Assembly: GCA_043803405.1 (NCBI GenBank) | Contig: JAZDKB010000009.1 | Location: 85,383-149,382, forward strand | From: Spirochaetota bacterium | Lineage (GTDB): Bacteria; Spirochaetota; UBA4802; JAFGDQ01 | Length of the DNA: 64,000 nt | Direction: 5' to 3' | Shown: positions 1 through 10,007 of the stretch, in pieces | Layout of the letters: every line of letters starts with the position of its first letter | Numbering within the stretch: the first letter of the stretch is position 1 | Notes under the pieces: generated by a model | Told to the model about the DNA's origin: nothing | Seen by the model: the letters and a program-made list of their open reading frames with translations, nothing else | Database searches by the model: none | Made by a program: the position numbers and the translations under genes

Positions 1-3000
1 ATTTTATACAAACATATTGAATCAAGAGATATAAGCAAGGCTTTGCATAATAGTGAGGAACGTTACCGTTTAATTGCTGAAAATATTTCTGACACAATAG
101 GAGAATTTGATTTAGATCTTAATGCCAAATATATAAGTCCGTCCGTATTAAAACTGCGCGGTTATTCTGCTCAGGAGGTAATGACTCAAACACTGGATCA
201 AATGCTAACCCCTGAATCTGCGCAAAAAGTCAGGAAAAAATTATTGGAACAGTTGGCTATGGAGAACGCCGGAAATGCAGAACAGTCCGGAAACGTTATT
301 CTTGAGCTTGAAGAATATTGTAAGGATGGTTCAACAATTTGGGTTGAATTATCTGCATTATTTTTAAGAGATACAAATAAAAAACCTACAGGTATTCTAT
401 CGGTTACAAGGGATATAACTGCCCGTAAACGTGCAGCGGAGAAAATAATTGAATCCGAAGCTAAATACCGTACAGTAGTGGAGAGTTCTCTTGTTGGCGT
501 TTATATTATCCAGGATAATCTTCTGCGTTTTGTGAATAAGCGATGGTGTATAATTTACGGATATTCCACGGAGGAAATTATCAATAAAATCAGTCCTCTG
601 GATCTGACTCCACCAGAAGAAAAAAATAAAGTAGCGGAAAACATAAAAAAACGGTTAAGCGGCGAAATTGACAGTATTGAATATGAGACAAAGGCAATCA
701 GGAAAGACGGCAGAATCATAAACATACGGGTAATGGGCAGCGTAGTGCTCTATAATGGCAGACCTGCTATTTCAGGGACAGTTATAAACATTACGGAGCG
801 CAAACAGGCAGAGGAAAATTTAAAAGAAAGCGAACGCCGTTTCGCGACACTTATCAATAATCTGCCCGGGCTCGTTTATCGTTGCAAAAATGATCTCAAC
901 TGGACTATGGAATATCTAAGTGATAGATGTGAAGAACTTACCGGATATCTGCCGGAGGATCTACTAAATAACACGGTACTGTCGTATAATGACCTGATCC
1001 ATCCTGAAGATCGTAAGCAGGTATATGATTCGGTTCAAAACCATATAAATATAAAACAATCCTATCAAATGACCTATCGGATAAAAACAGCTCAGGAAAC
1101 TGTAAAATGGGTCTGGGAAAAAGGCACAGGTGTTTTCAATGAGACAGGCGAGCTGATGGCATTGGAAGGTTTTATCGCCGATATTTCGGAACGTAAGCAA
1201 GCACAAGAGGCACTTGTTGAATCCGAAGGTAAATACAGGATTTTAGTAGAAAGCGTTCTTGTCGGAGTTTATGTTATTCAGGACAATCTCTTCCGATTTG
1301 TAAATAAACGATTCTGCGAGATATATGGGTATTCCTATGATGAAATTGTGGATAAATTGAGTCCCGTTGATATTACTTATGCCAATGATACAGGAATAGT
1401 AACCGAAAACCTTAGAAAACGGATTAGCGGAGAAATTGATAGCATAAGCTATACAATAAGGGGTGTCAGAAAGGATGGAGAGATCAGGATGATTGAAATA
1501 TTTGGCGGTGTATCGACATATAACGGGCGAAGGGCAATTTTAGGGACAATAATAGATGTAACTGAAAGGAAACACGCTGAAGAAGCATTAAAAGAAAAAG
1601 AAGAATTTTTATCATCAATTGTTGAAAATATCCCGGATATGATTTTTATTAAAGATGCCAGGGAACTGAGGTTTATTCGCTTTAATAAAGCAGGAGAAAA
1701 TCTTCTGGGATACAAGAGAGAAGAATTGATCGGCAGGAATGATTATGATTTTTTTCCTGCTGACCAGGCTGATTTTTTTACAAAAAAAGATATGGAAGTA
1801 TTAAAGAGCGGACAATTGTATGATATACCTGAGGAGCCCATTGATACTAAATCCGGGAAAAAGATTCTTCATACACAAAAAATCCCTATCCCTGATAAAA
1901 ACGGAAATCCGGCATATCTCCTTGGAATATCGGAAGATATAACAGATCGCAAACAGTCAGAGAAGGAGCAGGAGAGACTGCAATCTCAGCTGTTACAGGC
2001 ACAAAAAATGGAGTCCATCGGCCGTCTTGCAGGCGGTGTAGCCCATGATTTCAACAACATGCTTTCGGTTATCACGGGGTATACAGAGCTTATTACCAGT
2101 GAAATCGATCCATCCCAACCGATTTTCGGCAGGCTTCAGGAAATCCGGAAAGCTGCTCAGCGGTCAGCCGAACTGACTAGACAGCTGCTGGCATTTGCAC
2201 GCAAGCAAACTATATCACCAAGAATACTTAATATAAATGAAACTATTGAGAACATACTAAAAATACTGAGACGCTTAATAGGAGAGGATATCGATCTTGT
2301 CTGGATTCCGGGGATACACGTACGACCGATTAAAATAGATCCGGCTCAGATAGACCAAATCCTGACGAACCTGTGTATAAATGCAAGAGATGCTATCGCT
2401 GGCGTCGGTAAGGTTACTATTGCAACGCAACCGATATCAATTAATGAACTATTCTGCGACACCCATCCGGACTTTTCTCCGGGCGAATTTATCCTGCTGA
2501 CAGTCAGTGACAACGGACGCGGCATGGAAAAAGATATTCTGGATAAATTGTTTGAGCCATTCTTTACAACTAAAGATCGCGGCAAGGGTACCGGTCTTGG
2601 GCTGGCAACAGTTTATGGCATAGTAAAACAGAATAACGGACTTATCAATGTATATAGTGAGCCCGGGCATGGTACAATCTTTAAAATTTATTTACCCTGC
2701 ATCAAGGAAGATATAGAAATACTCAGAGAAGAACTGGTATCACAAATACCGCATGGTAATGAGACACTCCTTCTTGTGGAGGACGAGCCTCTTACGCTAA
2801 AAATGACCAGGGAGATGCTGGAAAGCCTAGGATATCAAGTGCTGGCTGCGCGCAACCCTGGCGACGCCATTAAGATCGCCACTGAGTATTCCAGTAAAAT
2901 CCAGCTTCTTGTAACCGATGTGATAATGCCCGACATGAACGGAAAGGACCTGAAGATAAAACTGTCTCTAATTTGTCCGAAGCTGAAATGTTTATTTACA

Positions 3001-3126
3001 TCCGGCTATACAAGCGATATAATCGCTCACCAAGGCGTTCTGGACGATGGTGTCAATTTTATTCAAAAGCCTTTTTCAATTCATGATATAGCTGCTAAAA
3101 TACGTGAAATTCTGGATAAGGACTAA
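1..3126 (+). CDS. Multi-PAS sensor hybrid histidine kinase with C-terminal receiver domain; the 5' end probably lies upstream of the window
   Basis: ORF track 43..3126 starts at TTG, but the same frame is open back to base 1. Several PAS/PAC-like modules each close with a (T/S)ERK or DRK motif. H-box '[11 protein letters not shown]'. ATPase boxes 'NLCINARDA', 'DNGRGM', 'GTGLGLATV'. Receiver 'LLLVEDEP...[12 protein letters not shown]...FIQKPF'. Confidence 0.9.
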   Translation: MLYKHIESRDISKALHNSEERYRLIAENISDTIGEFDLDLNAKYISPSVLKLRGYSAQEVMTQTLDQMLTPESAQKVRKKLLEQLAMENAGNAEQSGNVILELEEYCKDGSTIWVELSALFLRDTNKKPTGILSVTRDITARKRAAEKIIESEAKYRTVVESSLVGVYIIQDNLLRFVNKRWCIIYGYSTEEIINKISPLDLTPPEEKNKVAENIKKRLSGEIDSIEYETKAIRKDGRIINIRVMGSVVLYNGRPAISGTVINITERKQAEENLKESERRFATLINNLPGLVYRCKNDLNWTMEYLSDRCEELTGYLPEDLLNNTVLSYNDLIHPEDRKQVYDSVQNHINIKQSYQMTYRIKTAQETVKWVWEKGTGVFNETGELMALEGFIADISERKQAQEALVESEGKYRILVESVLVGVYVIQDNLFRFVNKRFCEIYGYSYDEIVDKLSPVDITYANDTGIVTENLRKRISGEIDSISYTIRGVRKDGEIRMIEIFGGVSTYNGRRAILGTIIDVTERKHAEEALKEKEEFLSSIVENIPDMIFIKDARELRFIRFNKAGENLLGYKREELIGRNDYDFFPADQADFFTKKDMEVLKSGQLYDIPEEPIDTKSGKKILHTQKIPIPDKNGNPAYLLGISEDITDRKQSEKEQERLQSQLLQAQKMESIGRLAGGVAHDFNNMLSVITGYTELITSEIDPSQPIFGRLQEIRKAAQRSAELTRQLLAFARKQTISPRILNINETIENILKILRRLIGEDIDLVWIPGIHVRPIKIDPAQIDQILTNLCINARDAIAGVGKVTIATQPISINELFCDTHPDFSPGEFILLTVSDNGRGMEKDILDKLFEPFFTTKDRGKGTGLGLATVYGIVKQNNGLINVYSEPGHGTIFKIYLPCIKEDIEILREELVSQIPHGNETLLLVEDEPLTLKMTREMLESLGYQVLAARNPGDAIKIATEYSSKIQLLVTDVIMPDMNGKDLKIKLSLICPKLKCLFTSGYTSDIIAHQGVLDDGVNFIQKPFSIHDIAAKIREILDKD

Positions 3127-3267
3127 GAATGCATCCAAATACCAAATATTAAATCGTATTAAACAACAATAAAAGAAGTCTTAATAGGTTTCAAGACACA
3201 CTCAAAGTGGAAATAGATAATTACATATTCTCTAGAACAATAAAATAATTTCCCTAATCCTAAATCA

Positions 3268-3296
3268 TTGACTTTTTAAAAGAGATAAGATATAAT
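3268..3296 (+). promoter_or_regulatory. Sigma70-type promoter, TTGACT - 17 nt - TATAAT
   Basis: -35 TTGACT at 3268-3273, a 17-nt spacer, then a consensus -10 TATAAT at 3291-3296. It lies about 210 nt upstream of the next + strand CDS. Confidence 0.5.
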
Positions 3297-3505
3297 ACGA
3301 CTCAAATATTGAATTTAACGAATTAATATAACCTGTCATTCCGGACTAATATGAAAATCTGGTGTTTATTCCGAACAATGGATTTATCATGAAGAATTGT
3401 ACTTTCGGAATGATTAATCAACCGTTAATAACTATATTTATTATTTAAAATAAATAAATCAGCATAACAAGATACAGTTTTATAAAAAATTATTATTCAA
3501 CTTTC

Positions 3506-4090
3506 ATGGAGGGAATTATGGTAATGCGCAATAAAATATTTATTTTTGTTTTAATATGCCTTCTTTCTTTTTTCAGTTGCTCCACAAAAAGATCGATCAG
3601 GTTTTCAAGGGCTTATATTTCCACAAATTCCAGCCTTGCGGTAATAATCGACTGCCCTAATAATGCCAAGAACGTAGTGCTCAGTGAATTCATGAAAAAG
3701 AAATTCAAGATCAAGGCTATCAATGCATCCGACCTTTATACTTTAAACGACGTATTCGATATTAAAGATTTCAAATCTGTTTCGTATAAATCTTCATTAA
3801 AAGATGTTTCGGCGCTTATGGCGATGGAAAAGACATACGACAACCTTTACAAGCTGCACGTTTATAACTTTGAAGTAAACAAAGCCGAAATTTTGAAAGA
3901 AATGAAAAACAAATGGGATGTAAATTATCTTATTATTCTTGACCTGAAGGACTGGCAGAACGTGAGCTGGGGAAGAGCGATTGATTTAAACAGCTACGAG
4001 CTGGTATGGATCGAGAATTATCCTACCAAATACAGCGACAATGTTGAAAGCATAGTAAATCATTTCATAAACAGCATTACAGGATCATAG
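3506..4090 (+). CDS. Hypothetical lipoprotein, paralogous to the C-terminal module of the next gene
   Basis: Signal peptide with lipobox-like 'LLSFFSC'. GGAGGG lies just upstream of in-frame ATGs at 3518 and 3524, which are the likely true start. C-terminal motif 'WGRAIDLNSYELVWIE' matches 'WVRAISMKEKELIWIQ' in the 4098..5180 protein. Confidence 0.7.
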   Translation: MEGIMVMRNKIFIFVLICLLSFFSCSTKRSIRFSRAYISTNSSLAVIIDCPNNAKNVVLSEFMKKKFKIKAINASDLYTLNDVFDIKDFKSVSYKSSLKDVSALMAMEKTYDNLYKLHVYNFEVNKAEILKEMKNKWDVNYLIILDLKDWQNVSWGRAIDLNSYELVWIENYPTKYSDNVESIVNHFINSITGS

Positions 4091-4097
4091 ATTATAA

Positions 4098-5180
4098 ATG
4101 AAGATTTTAAAACTATTACTTTTTCTTATTATTATTTTACCGGTATTTAAAGGCGCTTTAGATGCGAAACCGACGATCGCCTTTGGATACATGTACAACA
4201 TAAGAAATGAACGCGAACTGAATTATCTCGAATTTATTTTTCCTAACTCTTTTGCAAATTCAGTCGGGGCCAACTTCGATGTAAATATAAAAAAACCGCT
4301 TGAACTCGAAAGCGAATTAACCGCAAAAAATAAATCGTTAAAAAAAAATTACGAATATTATGAGCTGCCGGAATTAATTAATGAGATTAAATCTGATATT
4401 TTTATTTTTGGAAATTTTATTTCCGCCCCGGATAATAAGATTAAAATCGTTCTCAATATATACATAAAAGGCCGGGGAGAAATATTCACTTTTACAAATA
4501 CCGGAAGAATGGAAACCCAGGTCACAAAAATAGTCGACAGGATCAGCATCATTATTATTAACTTTATGGGCCAGCACAATCTGTATAAGGTCGCGAAAAT
4601 AACACCAGGTACTAAGCTTGCGGTGCTGACAAATCTTGAAGGCGAGGAGCAAAACTATGTTCTGGCTGCCTTAATGCAAAAAGGCTATCGTATTTCATGT
4701 TTTCAGAATAACGAAATTCATAATATTGTCGATGATTTCTCAATAGATAAGTTCAGTTATATCACCAGTATGAAGAACTCCTACGAAATTATTTCCGACT
4801 GGAGAAAATCAGAATTTTATCATGGTACCTGGACCGGAGAAAAATATTATAATTCCATTAATGATATTAAAGACCAGTATAATAAATATGATTTGAATTA
4901 TGAAACCAGTAAAAACAATGCCCTTGATAAAATAAGTTATGCTTTTAACGAGAATATCGACACAATTCTGATAATAGGTTTTTCCGGCAATAGAAAATCC
5001 TCGTGGGTGCGCGCGATAAGTATGAAGGAAAAAGAACTGATATGGATACAGTCAAACATAAAAAGCGACTTTTTAAGCTTTGATCCGTTAGCCGGCAATG
5101 TAAATAAAATAATTGAATGGATGACCGCGGAGCCTCAAGATCCTTTCAGGAAGTTTGAGAAGCCTGCCGGCGGGAAATAA
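4098..5180 (+). CDS. Hypothetical secreted protein with two alpha/beta modules related to the preceding lipoprotein
   Basis: N-terminal hydrophobic signal 'MKILKLLLFLIIILPVFKGALDA'. 7-nt gap after the previous gene. Shares the 'ILII...W.RAI.....EL.WI' module with the 3506..4090 protein. Confidence 0.7.
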   Translation: MKILKLLLFLIIILPVFKGALDAKPTIAFGYMYNIRNERELNYLEFIFPNSFANSVGANFDVNIKKPLELESELTAKNKSLKKNYEYYELPELINEIKSDIFIFGNFISAPDNKIKIVLNIYIKGRGEIFTFTNTGRMETQVTKIVDRISIIIINFMGQHNLYKVAKITPGTKLAVLTNLEGEEQNYVLAALMQKGYRISCFQNNEIHNIVDDFSIDKFSYITSMKNSYEIISDWRKSEFYHGTWTGEKYYNSINDIKDQYNKYDLNYETSKNNALDKISYAFNENIDTILIIGFSGNRKSSWVRAISMKEKELIWIQSNIKSDFLSFDPLAGNVNKIIEWMTAEPQDPFRKFEKPAGGK

Positions 5181-5189
5181 ATTATTTTT

Positions 5190-5825
5190 TTAAACCCACA
5201 GGCTTAACGGCGGGTAATTTATGAGCGCATAAAGAATGTCGCTTCTGGTAATAATGCCTGTAAGTTCCCCCGAAGGTTCTTCGATAATTGGCATTGCCCC
5301 AATATGATTTTCAAACATGGCTTTTGCTATCCTGCGTATATCCGTAAGCCTGCCCGACGTTATAACTTTCCTGGTCATTTTTTCCATTACAGTTTTCCTG
5401 GCGATATCGCTTTCATCGCAGTCAATAACGCACAGGCACCTTAGAATGTCCCTGTCCGATAATATACCTATTATTTTCTTTTCTTTTGAGAGTACAGGCA
5501 TATGCCCAACGCCCTTCGCTTTAAAAAATTTCCATGCCTCTTCAATGGTCATTTCAGGATCGAGTGTTAATACAGGAGATTTCATTATTGTATACGCGTG
5601 CAGAATCGGTTCGCGGTCACTGGTGATTTTAATCGCTTCTTTATAAGCTTTTACTGCGTGTGACAAGTTATCATGGCTGCCATGCTTTTCCTGCTGATCT
5701 GCCTTTCCGTCGATAATCTTCCTTGCAGTATTTGTCTTCTCTAATCCATAAACTTTCTCACGTATTCTGAGATCTTCAAGCGGAATATTATATTGAATGC
5801 CGTCAAGGCCCTGTATATGGAACAA
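5190..5825 (-). CDS. CBS-pair domain protein
   Basis: Two CBS repeats: 'IMKSPVLTLDPEMTIEEAWKFFKAKGVGHMPVL..IIGILSDRDIL' and 'MTRKVITSGRLTDIRRIAKAMFENHIGAMPII..LTGIITRSDIL'. The ORF track extends to 5876, but that N-terminus overlaps a 26-bp-stem palindrome. An in-frame TTG at 5825 follows AAGGAG by 6 nt. Confidence 0.75.
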   Translation of the reverse strand: MFHIQGLDGIQYNIPLEDLRIREKVYGLEKTNTARKIIDGKADQQEKHGSHDNLSHAVKAYKEAIKITSDREPILHAYTIMKSPVLTLDPEMTIEEAWKFFKAKGVGHMPVLSKEKKIIGILSDRDILRCLCVIDCDESDIARKTVMEKMTRKVITSGRLTDIRRIAKAMFENHIGAMPIIEEPSGELTGIITRSDILYALINYPPLSLWV

Positions 5826-5855
5826 TGGATACTCCTTAGCAAATATTATGACCTT

Positions 5856-5944
5856 ATAAATAAGAGCGCGCCCCAAAACCTAATCCAATCATATAGTCTT
5901 GGATCATAGTTTATAAATAGGTTTTGGGACGCGCTCTTATTTAT
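5856..5944. repeat. Composite palindrome: 26-bp inverted repeat with one mismatch, plus a nested ATCCAA/TTGGAT hairpin. Likely terminator or REP-like element.
   Basis: Left arm 'ataaataagagcgcgccccaaaacct' at 5856-5881. Right arm 'aggttttgggacgcgctcttatttat' at 5919-5944. The inner pair is at 5883-5888 and 5899-5904. It lies between the stop of the small Cys-rich gene and the start of the CBS gene. Confidence 0.7.
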
Positions 5945-5982
5945 TTTATATTAGACCGTCTGTCTCTTCAAGACCAGAGGTT

Positions 5983-6225
5983 TTATTTACTGCATTTCTT
6001 ATAGCATTCATCTTTTGCAACTTTACATGCTTCGATTTTTGCGGTCTTCTTAGCTTCGTCTTTATCCTTTTTAAAATCCTTTTCAGCAGAATCTTTACAT
6101 TTGTTATAAGTAGTATCACAGCCTGCTTCGCATGCCTTTTTCTTTGGATTCATATCATAACCATAACCATATATGGCTACTGACAATGCAATTACAGCCG
6201 ATAAAGCAATAATCGTTTTTTTCAT
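5983..6225 (-). CDS. Small secreted Lys-rich protein with a mirror-symmetric six-cysteine pattern
   Basis: Signal peptide 'MKKTIIALSAVIALSVAIYG'. ATG at 6225 follows GGAGAAG. Mature part carries CX3CX6C - 23 aa - CX6CX3C. Confidence 0.65.
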   Translation of the reverse strand: MKKTIIALSAVIALSVAIYGYGYDMNPKKKACEAGCDTTYNKCKDSAEKDFKKDKDEAKKTAKIEACKVAKDECYKKCSK

Positions 6226-6507
6226 AATCTTCTCCACGACATTTTTTATTTTAAAAATAATTAACTTTTAATTCGCAAAATATTAAAGTAATTTTACTGA
6301 TATGTCAAGAAGTTATCACTTAGAACTTATTATACTTGTATATGCACTCAGAGTTCATATACAAGTTATACATCTGCTACTAATTTCTTTAAAACCCTTG
6401 ACATTATCATTGTAAATTCAATATCTTGAAATAGTAACTTTGATGTCCAGCTGATTTCAGCAGTCAAATTACATTAATATTAGCAAGAATAACTTAAGGA
6501 GCATCAC

Positions 6508-7956
6508 GTGAGATTAAGATTTGCGCCAAGCCCGACTGGCTACATACACATTGGCAATGTAAGAACCGCAGTATATAACTTTATTATCTCAAAAAAATAT
6601 AATGCTGACTTCATATTAAGAATAGAGGATACTGATAAAGAAAGAAGCACTAAAGAATATGAAATAATGCTGATGGAGGATTTAAAATGGCTCGGCATTA
6701 AGTGGGTGGAAGGCCCGGATATAGGCGGTTCGCACGGCCCTTACAGGCAATCTGAGAGATTCGATATTTACAAAGACTTTACAAATAAACTGCTCCAAAG
6801 CGGCCACGCGTATCACTGTTATTGCACACACGAAGAGCTTGAGGAAAACAGGAAAGAAGCTGCTGCTGCAAACAAACAGATAGTTTATTCCGGAAGGTGC
6901 AGGAACCTGTCTTCCGAAGAAAAAAAGAAATTCGAGGCAATGGGCAGGAAGCCGTCAGTAAGGTTCAGGCTTCCGGATGACGCGTCCATAGAAGTAGACG
7001 ATCTTATTAAAGGTAAAGTCGTTTTCGACAGCGAGAATATAGGAGGCGACTTCATTATAGTACGATCGGACGGAATTCCGGTCTACAATTACATTGTAGT
7101 TATTGACGATGCCATGATGAAGATCACGAACGTCATCCGCGGTGAAGATCATCTTTCGAATACACCGAAGCAGATACTTGTAGCGAAAGCGCTCGGGCTC
7201 TCATCGCCCAGATACGCGCATCACGGGCTCGTACTCGGCCCGGACAGGAGCAAGCTCAGCAAACGGCACGGCATCACATCGCTTAGAAGCTACCGCGAGC
7301 AGGGATATCTTCCGGAGGCTCTGCTGAATTATCTTTCGGTCCTTGGATGGGCGTCCGAGAGCGGCGAAGAAATATTTTCTATTGAAGAGATAGCCCAACA
7401 GATCGATATAGATAAGCTTTCCAGCAGCCCTGCGGTCTTCGACTTTCAGAAGCTCAAATGGATGAACGGACAATATCTCAGAAAATATCCTGTTGAAAAA
7501 ATAACCGAACTTTTTATCCCATATATTAAAGAGTCCGGGTTCAGTCTGGAACATATAGAAAGAAGTGATCTTGAAGCAATTACCACCATACTTCAGGCAA
7601 AATGCGAATTATTGTCCGACATCAAATCTTTCATCGGGATCTTTTTAACCGACGTTCTGGAACCGGATGAAGAAACAGATTCGCTTTTGAAAGAAAAAGA
7701 CTCAAAAAAAATCATTACTGAAGCCAGCAATTTTATCAAAGCAAACACAGCCGGTAAAGATTCGTTTAATAAAGAACTGGTGAACTTTATAAAAGAAAAG
7801 ACTTCCCTGAAAGGCAAAAAGCTTTTTATGCCGATCAGAGGGATCCTGACCGGAAGGCTTAAGGGACCCGAACTCGACGACGCAGTACCAGTAATCGGCA
7901 TCGAAAGATGTAAAAAAAGAATTGAATATATGTTTAACAGGTATATTTATAAATAG
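6508..7956 (+). CDS. gltX: Glutamyl-tRNA synthetase
   Basis: GTG start after AAGGAG. HIGH region 'PSPTGYIHIGNVRTA'. KMSKS region 'KLSKRHG'. Length 482 aa, typical of bacterial GluRS. Confidence 0.93.
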   Translation: MRLRFAPSPTGYIHIGNVRTAVYNFIISKKYNADFILRIEDTDKERSTKEYEIMLMEDLKWLGIKWVEGPDIGGSHGPYRQSERFDIYKDFTNKLLQSGHAYHCYCTHEELEENRKEAAAANKQIVYSGRCRNLSSEEKKKFEAMGRKPSVRFRLPDDASIEVDDLIKGKVVFDSENIGGDFIIVRSDGIPVYNYIVVIDDAMMKITNVIRGEDHLSNTPKQILVAKALGLSSPRYAHHGLVLGPDRSKLSKRHGITSLRSYREQGYLPEALLNYLSVLGWASESGEEIFSIEEIAQQIDIDKLSSSPAVFDFQKLKWMNGQYLRKYPVEKITELFIPYIKESGFSLEHIERSDLEAITTILQAKCELLSDIKSFIGIFLTDVLEPDEETDSLLKEKDSKKIITEASNFIKANTAGKDSFNKELVNFIKEKTSLKGKKLFMPIRGILTGRLKGPELDDAVPVIGIERCKKRIEYMFNRYIYK

Positions 7957-8035
7957 ACTAGTCTGAGTGAGTCAGTCGTGTTTTTTATTTGCAGTGATTA
8001 TATGGAGATAATTATTTTCTGGTTTTGGCGAAATA

Positions 8036-8227
8036 CCCTCAACCCCCTAACCCCCTTCTCCCAGAAAATTATTATAATTTTATCTTTATGATTGAAAGTA
8101 TTTACTGTTTTAAATTATTTTTTTATAAAAGGACAAGGGAGAAGGGGGAATTTTCCCCTCTCCCCGATTTTAATAAAATTTTCCAGTAAAAATATTTTAC
8201 GGGGAGAGGGGATTAAGGGGTGAGGGC
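8036..8227. repeat. MITE-like GC-tract element with about 26-nt imperfect terminal inverted repeats and a central G5/C4 hairpin
   Basis: Left 'ccctcaaccccctaacccccttctccc' at 8036-8062. Right 'ggggagaggggattaaggggtgaggg' at 8201-8226, close to the reverse complement of the left arm. Central 'gggagaagggggaattttcccctctcccc' at 8138-8166. Confidence 0.7.
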
Positions 8228-8295
8228 AAAGCATAAAATTTCTTAAAATCAAATATTATCTCTTAAATAATATCAATATTTTTACAATCAACAAT

Positions 8296-9282
8296 ATGCA
8301 AATTAAAAGCGAATGGGAACTCCTTAAAAACATAGAGAGCCTTATAGATAAAAAGGGACTCGTAAAATCAAACGACCTTCTGCAATCAATCGGAGACGAC
8401 TGCGCTGTCTTTAAAATCAACGATAATAAACTGGGGCTTATTACTACTGATATCAGCATTGAAGGAGTTCATTTTAAACGTGGCCTTATTCCGTTTAATG
8501 ATATCGGATATAAAGCCATGATGGCAAACATTTCCGATATAACTGCAATGGGAGGTGAACCCAGGTTCGCATTTATTTCTCTGGGCATACCGGAAGGGCT
8601 TGGCAAAAAAGACGTACTCGCTATCTATGACGGGCTTCTTGAAGCCGGCAATTCAGCTGGCTTAATTATCGCGGGCGGGGATACCTCCAAAGCAAAGGAA
8701 CTCATTTTAAATATTGCTTTATACGGTGAAACTGCAAAGAAAAATCTGGTTCGAAGGAAAGGAACAAAAACAGGAGATCTGATTTATGTAACCGGGAGCC
8801 TTGGAGATTCAATGGCAGGCCTTGAAATTTTGCTTTCAAGAAACAGAAAACAAGTTAAGAAATACGGCAGTCTTACTGACAAGCATAAAAGACCGACAGC
8901 AAGGTTCGCTGTAATTAATGAAATATTAAAAAAATTCAAGCCAACATCAATGATCGACATCTCGGACGGATTGCTTTCAGATTTAAGACATATTTGCGAG
9001 ACTAATAAAGTCGGCTTTAAACTTTCCGAAGATATGCTTCCGATGTCCAGAGAGTTGAAAGAATACTCTACGGCCTTGGATAAATCATGCTATGATTACG
9101 CATTAAATAGCGGCGAAGAGTACGAGCTTCTGTTCACATCATCGAAAGAGTTATTGCAAGGCATAATAATTAAAGGCATTCCTGTAACACCGATCGGGAG
9201 GATCACAGATAACGGTTATTATCTTATAAGGAACAATAAACAAATAAAAATTCCAATCACAGGCTATGATCATTTTAAATAA
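8296..9282 (+). CDS. thiL: Thiamine-monophosphate kinase
   Basis: AIR-synthase-like fold motifs 'IGDDCAVF', 'TTDISIEGVHF', 'AGGDTS', 'DISDGLLSDL'. 328 aa. Confidence 0.88.
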   Translation: MQIKSEWELLKNIESLIDKKGLVKSNDLLQSIGDDCAVFKINDNKLGLITTDISIEGVHFKRGLIPFNDIGYKAMMANISDITAMGGEPRFAFISLGIPEGLGKKDVLAIYDGLLEAGNSAGLIIAGGDTSKAKELILNIALYGETAKKNLVRRKGTKTGDLIYVTGSLGDSMAGLEILLSRNRKQVKKYGSLTDKHKRPTARFAVINEILKKFKPTSMIDISDGLLSDLRHICETNKVGFKLSEDMLPMSRELKEYSTALDKSCYDYALNSGEEYELLFTSSKELLQGIIIKGIPVTPIGRITDNGYYLIRNNKQIKIPITGYDHFK

Positions 9283-9313
9283 TCATTTCTTTAGAATGCA
9301 AAGGGTTAAAACA

Positions 9314-10003
9314 ATGAAACAATTATCATATTATATTTTATTAATATTTTTATTCTGCTCAAACGCATGTACTTCTTCTGAGTCCATTTCTCAGGGCGAA
9401 TGGAAATATAAATTATATGTTAACGGGATCGATGTCGGAACAGCGACAATATCCAACAAAACTTCCGATGGAAATTTTATTACTTCGCAGGAATACAGTC
9501 TTAAGTTTGGAGATATGACAACAGTAACAAAAGATACAATTACTGAAACCCTGGACTTTAAACCCGTCAAACTTGAGAACTACACAAAAATCTTAAATTC
9601 AGGTAAAGTGCATGAAACCAGGATGATATCTGTTTTCAAAGGACGGGATGTCGAGTTGACTTATGATAATAAAAAATATAATTACACCCTTAAAAGAGAT
9701 TTCATCATTGACGGAAATTATTTTATGACGCAGCTGCTTAAAAATAAGTTCAAGCCCGGATTAGAAGCTACGCATTATGTATATAATCCGCAGGTAGAAC
9801 TGGATACTCCCATCAAGGCAAGGACAAAGGTAATCGGCAGCGAAAAAATTATGATAAACGGGAAAGAGAATCAATTTATTCATATTGTTCAATCTATTGA
9901 AAACATTAAAGATAATATTGATCTGTATATTGACGAGAAAGGCATATTGCAAAAAGGCATTATTCACATGCTGAATTTAAAGATAGAGCTTATCAAAATA
10001 TAA
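9314..10003 (+). CDS. Hypothetical lipoprotein
   Basis: The ORF track starts at 9266. The internal ATG at 9314 gives the signal 'MKQLSYYILLIFLFCSNAC' with a lipobox-like Cys. No catalytic motifs recognised. Confidence 0.65.
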   Translation: MKQLSYYILLIFLFCSNACTSSESISQGEWKYKLYVNGIDVGTATISNKTSDGNFITSQEYSLKFGDMTTVTKDTITETLDFKPVKLENYTKILNSGKVHETRMISVFKGRDVELTYDNKKYNYTLKRDFIIDGNYFMTQLLKNKFKPGLEATHYVYNPQVELDTPIKARTKVIGSEKIMINGKENQFIHIVQSIENIKDNIDLYIDEKGILQKGIIHMLNLKIELIKI

Positions 10004-10007
10004 CCGC

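Noticed and set aside
7957-7990. Possible intrinsic terminator after gltX ('ctgagtgagtcag' followed by a T6 run)
   Set aside because: The stem is only 4-5 bp with low GC. It is too weak to report as a feature.
8036-8062. Telomere-like 'GGGTTAGGGGGTT' on the minus strand
   Set aside because: It occurs once, inside an inverted-repeat element in the middle of a gene-dense region, and is not a terminal tandem array. It is better explained as part of the G-tract repeat family.
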